NCBI GenBank assembly: GCA_964613815.1
Contig: CAZTKG010000006.1
Location: 10,973-74,972, forward strand
Source of the DNA: an uncultured Gammaproteobacteria bacterium
GTDB taxonomy: Bacteria > Patescibacteriota > Patescibacteriia > UBA9934
Direction: 5' to 3'
DNA: 64,000 nt
Every line of letters begins with the position of its first letter. Positions within the stretch are counted from its first letter, which is position 1. Positions 59,463 to 64,000 of this stretch are shown here, one piece after another. The translations under genes and the position numbers were made by a program. The notes under the pieces were generated by a model. The model was not told the origin of the DNA, did not search any database, and saw only the letters and a list, made by a program, of their open reading frames with translations.

Positions 59463-59575
59463 GATAGTTCCTGATTTGAAAAGGACATGGCGACTATATG
59501 TTGAACTGGGATTTTGTTCAAGCTCGCCAGGATTGGGAAGTTTTGTTACTCTTTTGAGGACATTAATGATTATTT

Positions 59576-59911
59576 ATGATGGATGTGAGTCCGCAGAAAT
59601 TAAAAGAGGAGGTGACCGGTGGGAAATCGGTTACGATTGTTGATCTTCAGGAGGCGCATGCGTATGCGCATTCTCATATTCCTGGGGCGGTGAATGTGCC
59701 GATGGAGGGGTTTGAGAAGGGGTATGCGGATGTGGTGAAGGATAAGGATTCGATTGTGGTTTTGTATGGGGAGTATGATGAGTTAGGGAAGGGATCGAAG
59801 GCTGGGGAGGTTTTGCAGGCGGCTGGGTATGAGAAGGTTGGGCATGTTGTTGGGGGGCTTCGGGGGTGGCAGGAGGCTGGGTATCCGACTGAGGGAGGGA
59901 AGGAGAGTTAA
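59576..59911 (+). CDS. rhodanese-like domain protein (no catalytic Cys)
   Basis: HIPGAVN, GGLRGWQEAG; the active-site loop reads LYGE instead of Cys. Confidence 0.85.
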   Translation: MMDVSPQKLKEEVTGGKSVTIVDLQEAHAYAHSHIPGAVNVPMEGFEKGYADVVKDKDSIVVLYGEYDELGKGSKAGEVLQAAGYEKVGHVVGGLRGWQEAGYPTEGGKES

Positions 59912-59917
59912 GGGGTG

Positions 59918-60082
59918 AAAACGGGCCGAAGTTGCACTCTGGGTATGGTGCGACGTCGGGTCGGGACACCTTTAGCGTCCATACCGTTAATTTTGGCTAC
60001 AGGATGGATGGGTGAGGAGCGGCGGTGTCATATCCTCCGCCTCCTTACGCACCATACCCAGAGTGCAACTTCGGCCCGTTTT
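59918..60082. repeat. perfect 35 bp inverted repeat enclosing 95 nt
   Basis: 59918-59952 is the exact reverse complement of 60048-60082. Confidence 0.9.
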
Positions 60083-60098
60083 GATTATTTATATTTGT

Positions 60099-63095
60099 AT
60101 GCAATTTGATCATAAGAAGATTGATAAGAAATGGCAGGAGCGGTATGAGGCTGAGGAGCCTTTTAAGGCTTTGGATGATTCTGATAAGGAGAAGGTTTAT
60201 CATCTTGTTGAGTTTCCTTATCCGAGTGGAGCGGGGCTTCATGTTGGGCATGTTCGGAGTTATACAGCGCTTGATATTGTGAGTCGGAAAGCTCGGATGT
60301 TGGGAAAGGAAGTTTTGTATCCGATTGGATGGGATGCGTTTGGGTTGCCGACGGAGAATTATGCGATTAAGACGGGGCGGTTGCCTGCGGAGGTGACGAA
60401 GGAAAATATTGATACGTTTCGGCGTCAGCTCAAGGCGCTTGGGATTGGGTTTGACTGGAGTCGGGAAGTGGATACGACGGATCCGAATTATTATAAGTGG
60501 ACGCAGTGGATGTTTTTGCAGTTTTTTGATGCGGGGCTTGCGTATAAGGCGACAGTGCCGATTAATTGGTGTTTGAGTTGTAAGATTGGGCTTGCGAATG
60601 AGGAGGTGGTTGCTGGGGCTTGTGAGCGTTGTGGGGGTGAAGTTGAGAAGCGAGATAAAGAGCAGTGGATGATTCGGATTACGGATTATGCGGAGCGGCT
60701 TTTGGAAGGGTTGGATGAGGTGGATTATTTGCCGCAGATTGCGAAGCAGCAGTGGGATTGGATTGGGAAGAGTGAGGGATGTGATATTGATTTTGTGGTT
60801 TCTGGTGAGGGAGTGGAAGAGATTGTTGTGGCGACGGGGAATGAGGCGAAGGTTGCGCGGGTGAAGAAATTGCTTGGGCGTGTTTGTGCTGGAGTGAAGG
60901 TTTTCTCGATTAGCGATGCTGGACTTGAAAAGGTTGAGGTTGAGGAGGATGGGTCGCTTGTGGAGAATGCGCGGAAGAAGGCAGTGGCTTATATTGGAAA
61001 AACTGATAAGCCTGTGCTTGGGATGGATACGGCGTTTTATATTGATGGGGAGGAGATTGATCCTTTGGCGGTGAAGCGGAATGCTTTGGGAGGTGCGGAT
61101 GAGAAGGATTTTTCGCAGGAGGAGATTGCGGAGAAGATGCATGCGTTTTATCGGAAGATTGCGGAAAAGCATGGTGGGGATGTTGAGGCGTATTTTGAGG
61201 ATGCGAGTGTGTTGATTTTTGCTGATGGGAGTGAGCGGGTTGAGGTGAATCAGCGGGCGGTTATTTTGACATCGGAAGCGGTTGGGGAGCGGGAGTTGTA
61301 TTTTCCTGTGCGGAATATGTATAAGGTTGCGGCGACGGGGAAGTATGTTGCTGATTCTGATGAGGAGGATGAGTTTGTTGAGCTTGTAAGTTTGATGGGT
61401 GCCTTGCGGAATGTTTGTGCGCCGAGTTTGTGTGTGTTTACGACGCGGCCGGATACGCTTTTTGGGGCGACGTATATGGTTTTGGCGCCGGAGCATCCTA
61501 TGGTTGACGCGTTGACGATTGATGATCAGAAAAAGGTAGTTGATGATTATGTGAAGGCGGCTGGGAGGATTTCTGATCGGGATCGGGGGGATGCTGGTCG
61601 GGAGAAGACGGGGGTGTTTACGGGGGCGTATGTGATTAATCCTGTGAATGATGAAAAGATTCCTGTTTGGGTGGCTGATTATGTCTTGATGGGATATGGG
61701 ACTGGAGCGATTATGGCGGTGCCGGGGCATGATGAGCGGGATTGGGCGTTTGCGAAGAAATTTGAAATTGATATTCGGGAGGTGGTTTCTGGAGGTGATG
61801 TTGATGAGGAGGCGTATGTTGGTGATGGGGAGATTGTGAATAGTGATTTTTTGGATGGGAAGCCTGTAGCGGAAGCGAAGGAATTGATGATGGAGCGACT
61901 TGTGGAGATGGGGGTTGGGCGTGCGAAGGTGAATTATAAACTTCGGGATTGGGTGTTTAGTCGGCAGCGGTATTGGGGGGAGCCTATTCCTTTGGTGCAT
62001 TGTGAGGATTGTGGATGGGTGCCGGTTTCTGATGGGGAGTTGCCTGTTGTGCTTCCTGTGGTTGAGAAATATGAGCCTACGGATAGTGGGGAGAGTCCGC
62101 TTGCGGCGATTGAGGAGTGGGTGCAGACATCGTGTCCTGCGTGTGGAGAGGGGGCTCGGCGGGAGACGGATACGATGCCGAATTGGGCTGGGTCTAGTTG
62201 GTATTTTTTGCGGTATGTTGATGCGCGGAATGATGAGGAGTTTGCATCAAAGGAAAAGCTTGCTGCATGGATGCCGGTGAATTTGTATAACGGGGGGATG
62301 GAGCATACGACGCTTCATTTGTTGTATTCTCGGTTTTGGAATATGTTCTTGTTTGACCGAGGATTGGTTCCGACGAGCGAACCTTATGCGAGGCGACATA
62401 GTCATGGGATGGTGCTTGCGCATGATGGATTGAAGATGAGTAAGTCGAAGGGGAACACGGTGAATCCGGATGAGATTTTGGAAGGACTTGGAGCGGATGC
62501 GCTTCGGATGTACGAGATGTTTATGGGGCCGTTTGAAGATGCGATTCCTTGGAACGAGCAGGGGCTTGTGGGGGTTCGGCGATTTTTGGATAAGGTTTGG
62601 CGGTTGCAGGAGAAGGTATCGGATAGCGAAGATGAGAGTGTGACTCGCGCGGTTCATAAGATGGTGAAGAAGGTTGGAGAGGATGTTGATGGGATGCGGT
62701 TTAATACGGCGGTGAGTGCGTTTATGATTTGTGTGAATGTGATTCAGGAGGCGGGGAGTGTGACGAAGGATTCGCTTGTGATGATGTTGACGGCTTTGAA
62801 TCCGTTTGCGCCGCATGTGACGAATGAGATGTATGAGATTTTGGGAGGAGAGGGACTTTTGGAGAAGTCTGCGTGGCCTGTTTATGATGAAGGGTTGGTG
62901 GTTGATGATGAGGTGACGGTTGCGGTGCAGGTGAATGGGAAGTTGCGTGGGAAGATTGTGGTGCGTGTGGATGCTGCGGAGGTTGATGTGGTTGAGACGG
63001 CGAAGGGGGAGGAGAATGTGGTGAAGTTTTTGGAGGGGGTTGATATTAAGAAGACGGTTTATGTGAAGGGGAGGTTGGTGAATTTTGTGGTTTGA
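60099..63095 (+). CDS. leuS: leucine--tRNA ligase with an inserted Ham1/ITPase-like domain
   Basis: FPYPSGAGLHVGH, FTTRPDT, SRQRYWG, KMSKS; ~205 aa insert at ~60815-61430. Confidence 0.96.
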   Translation: MQFDHKKIDKKWQERYEAEEPFKALDDSDKEKVYHLVEFPYPSGAGLHVGHVRSYTALDIVSRKARMLGKEVLYPIGWDAFGLPTENYAIKTGRLPAEVTKENIDTFRRQLKALGIGFDWSREVDTTDPNYYKWTQWMFLQFFDAGLAYKATVPINWCLSCKIGLANEEVVAGACERCGGEVEKRDKEQWMIRITDYAERLLEGLDEVDYLPQIAKQQWDWIGKSEGCDIDFVVSGEGVEEIVVATGNEAKVARVKKLLGRVCAGVKVFSISDAGLEKVEVEEDGSLVENARKKAVAYIGKTDKPVLGMDTAFYIDGEEIDPLAVKRNALGGADEKDFSQEEIAEKMHAFYRKIAEKHGGDVEAYFEDASVLIFADGSERVEVNQRAVILTSEAVGERELYFPVRNMYKVAATGKYVADSDEEDEFVELVSLMGALRNVCAPSLCVFTTRPDTLFGATYMVLAPEHPMVDALTIDDQKKVVDDYVKAAGRISDRDRGDAGREKTGVFTGAYVINPVNDEKIPVWVADYVLMGYGTGAIMAVPGHDERDWAFAKKFEIDIREVVSGGDVDEEAYVGDGEIVNSDFLDGKPVAEAKELMMERLVEMGVGRAKVNYKLRDWVFSRQRYWGEPIPLVHCEDCGWVPVSDGELPVVLPVVEKYEPTDSGESPLAAIEEWVQTSCPACGEGARRETDTMPNWAGSSWYFLRYVDARNDEEFASKEKLAAWMPVNLYNGGMEHTTLHLLYSRFWNMFLFDRGLVPTSEPYARRHSHGMVLAHDGLKMSKSKGNTVNPDEILEGLGADALRMYEMFMGPFEDAIPWNEQGLVGVRRFLDKVWRLQEKVSDSEDESVTRAVHKMVKKVGEDVDGMRFNTAVSAFMICVNVIQEAGSVTKDSLVMMLTALNPFAPHVTNEMYEILGGEGLLEKSAWPVYDEGLVVDDEVTVAVQVNGKLRGKIVVRVDAAEVDVVETAKGEENVVKFLEGVDIKKTVYVKGRLVNFVV

Positions 63096-63175
63096 CCCAT
63101 CTCGACTGAGCGAAGTGAATGGAGAGATCTGATAGTGGCAGAGCTGCAAGATTTCTCCGCGATGGTCGAGATGGG
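63096..63175. repeat. inverted pair of REP-like repeats
   Basis: Same architecture as 17872-17952. Confidence 0.8.
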
Positions 63176-63315
63176 AGATGTTGGGGGGATTTTGTGAAGT
63201 AATGTGGATGGATCAGTTGACTTAGGTTCGCCATCGGGAGAGAATAGAGACATAGAAGCCCTTGGTTGAATGTATTTTCAACTGGGGGTTTTCGAATTAG
63301 TGATATACTTTTTTT

Positions 63316-64000
63316 ATGCATGGAGGGCATAAACATTCTCGGGTGGCAGGATCGCATCGGTTTGACGTGCGGCATTTTAGTTCTCTGACGAAATTGAGTT
63401 TGAATCGGCTTATTGGGTTTGTGGCGATTGGATTGCTTGGGTTGTATTTTCCGATTTTTTTGTATGAGCTTTTAGGTGGAAATTTGTGGTGGCTCATGGG
63501 ACTTTATTTCATTAGTTTTTTGTTTCGGGTGCTCTTGTTTCCTGTGGCGGGGAAAGTGATTGGGAAGATTGGACTTGTGGCGAGCATGATTATTGGGCTG
63601 ATTGCTTGGATTGCGGAGTTTGTGTTTTTGTGGCTTTTGGAATTGTCTGGGGTGCCGAATGCGCTTCTTTTGGGTGCGGTGATTTTGACGGTTGGAATTT
63701 ATGTGGCGATGTATTGGGCGCCTTATCATGTGGAGTATGCGGAGGTGAGTAAAAAGGGGAAGCGCGGGAAAGAGGTGAGCGGGTTATATGCGGCGCAGCA
63801 GGTGATTGGGATTGTGATGCCGCTTGTGGCGGCGTGGTTAATTTCGACGATTGGATATAGTGCGCTTTTTGTGGGGAGCTTGATTGTGGCGGCGGTATCT
63901 ATTATTCCTTTGTTTGGGTTGAAGAATGAGAAGGTGGTTTATGAGTTTGGATATTTGGAGACGTTTAAGAAAGCGTTTGAAGGGGATTTTAAATATTTGA
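63316..64000 (+). CDS. MFS-like transporter (runs off the right edge)
   Basis: Manual translation from ATG 63316 gives multiple transmembrane helices, YWAPYH...KRGKE, and no stop before the window end. Confidence 0.8.
   Translation, partial: MHGGHKHSRVAGSHRFDVRHFSSLTKLSLNRLIGFVAIGLLGLYFPIFLYELLGGNLWWLMGLYFISFLFRVLLFPVAGKVIGKIGLVASMIIGLIAWIAEFVFLWLLELSGVPNALLLGAVILTVGIYVAMYWAPYHVEYAEVSKKGKRGKEVSGLYAAQQVIGIVMPLVAAWLISTIGYSALFVGSLIVAAVSIIPLFGLKNEKVVYEFGYLETFKKAFEGDFKYL

Noticed and set aside
60815-61430. Intein in LeuRS
   Set aside because: No terminal His-Asn junction or LAGLIDADG motif; the sequence resembles the Ham1 fold.
7724-63149. Long His/Pro/Ile/Arg-rich antisense ORFs (e.g. 7724..9055, 32666..33706, 47408..48517, 60045..62000)
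   Set aside because: Reverse-strand artefacts of the strong G/T codon skew in genuine genes on the opposite strand.

Overview
This 64 kb window looks like a Patescibacteria/CPR-type chromosome (inference from short housekeeping genes that mostly lack Shine-Dalgarno sites, a short ProRS, a domain-inserted LeuRS and many orphan genes). The + strand is extremely G/T-rich throughout. The right part carries core genes (tsaD, tsaE, PilB/GspE ATPase, ftsH, rpsA, gyrA, rpmF, nusB, rnc, tRNA-Lys, tRNA-Arg, proS, HU, rny, truB, infB, trxA, trxB, leuS) interspersed with orphans. The left ~20 kb is accessory: recQ, a Pif1-like helicase, four type II toxin-antitoxin pairs, a ~750 nt non-coding transcription unit (promoter to terminator) with ornate structure, and a minus-strand operon NrtR - PP2C phosphatase - kinase - nicotinamidase - vWA. 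That operon resembles a TerY-P triad coupled to NAD+ metabolism; it has three GT-N7-AC operator-like palindromes and three periodic mini-hairpin arrays in its leaders. Other notable signals are boxA-like motifs in front of many orphan genes, four tandem paralogues all ending in -EA, a leader-peptide attenuator before a GNAT gene, a Ham1/ITPase-like insert in LeuRS, and REP-like repeats inserted into coding sequences. All calls come from reading the sequence; no database searches were run.
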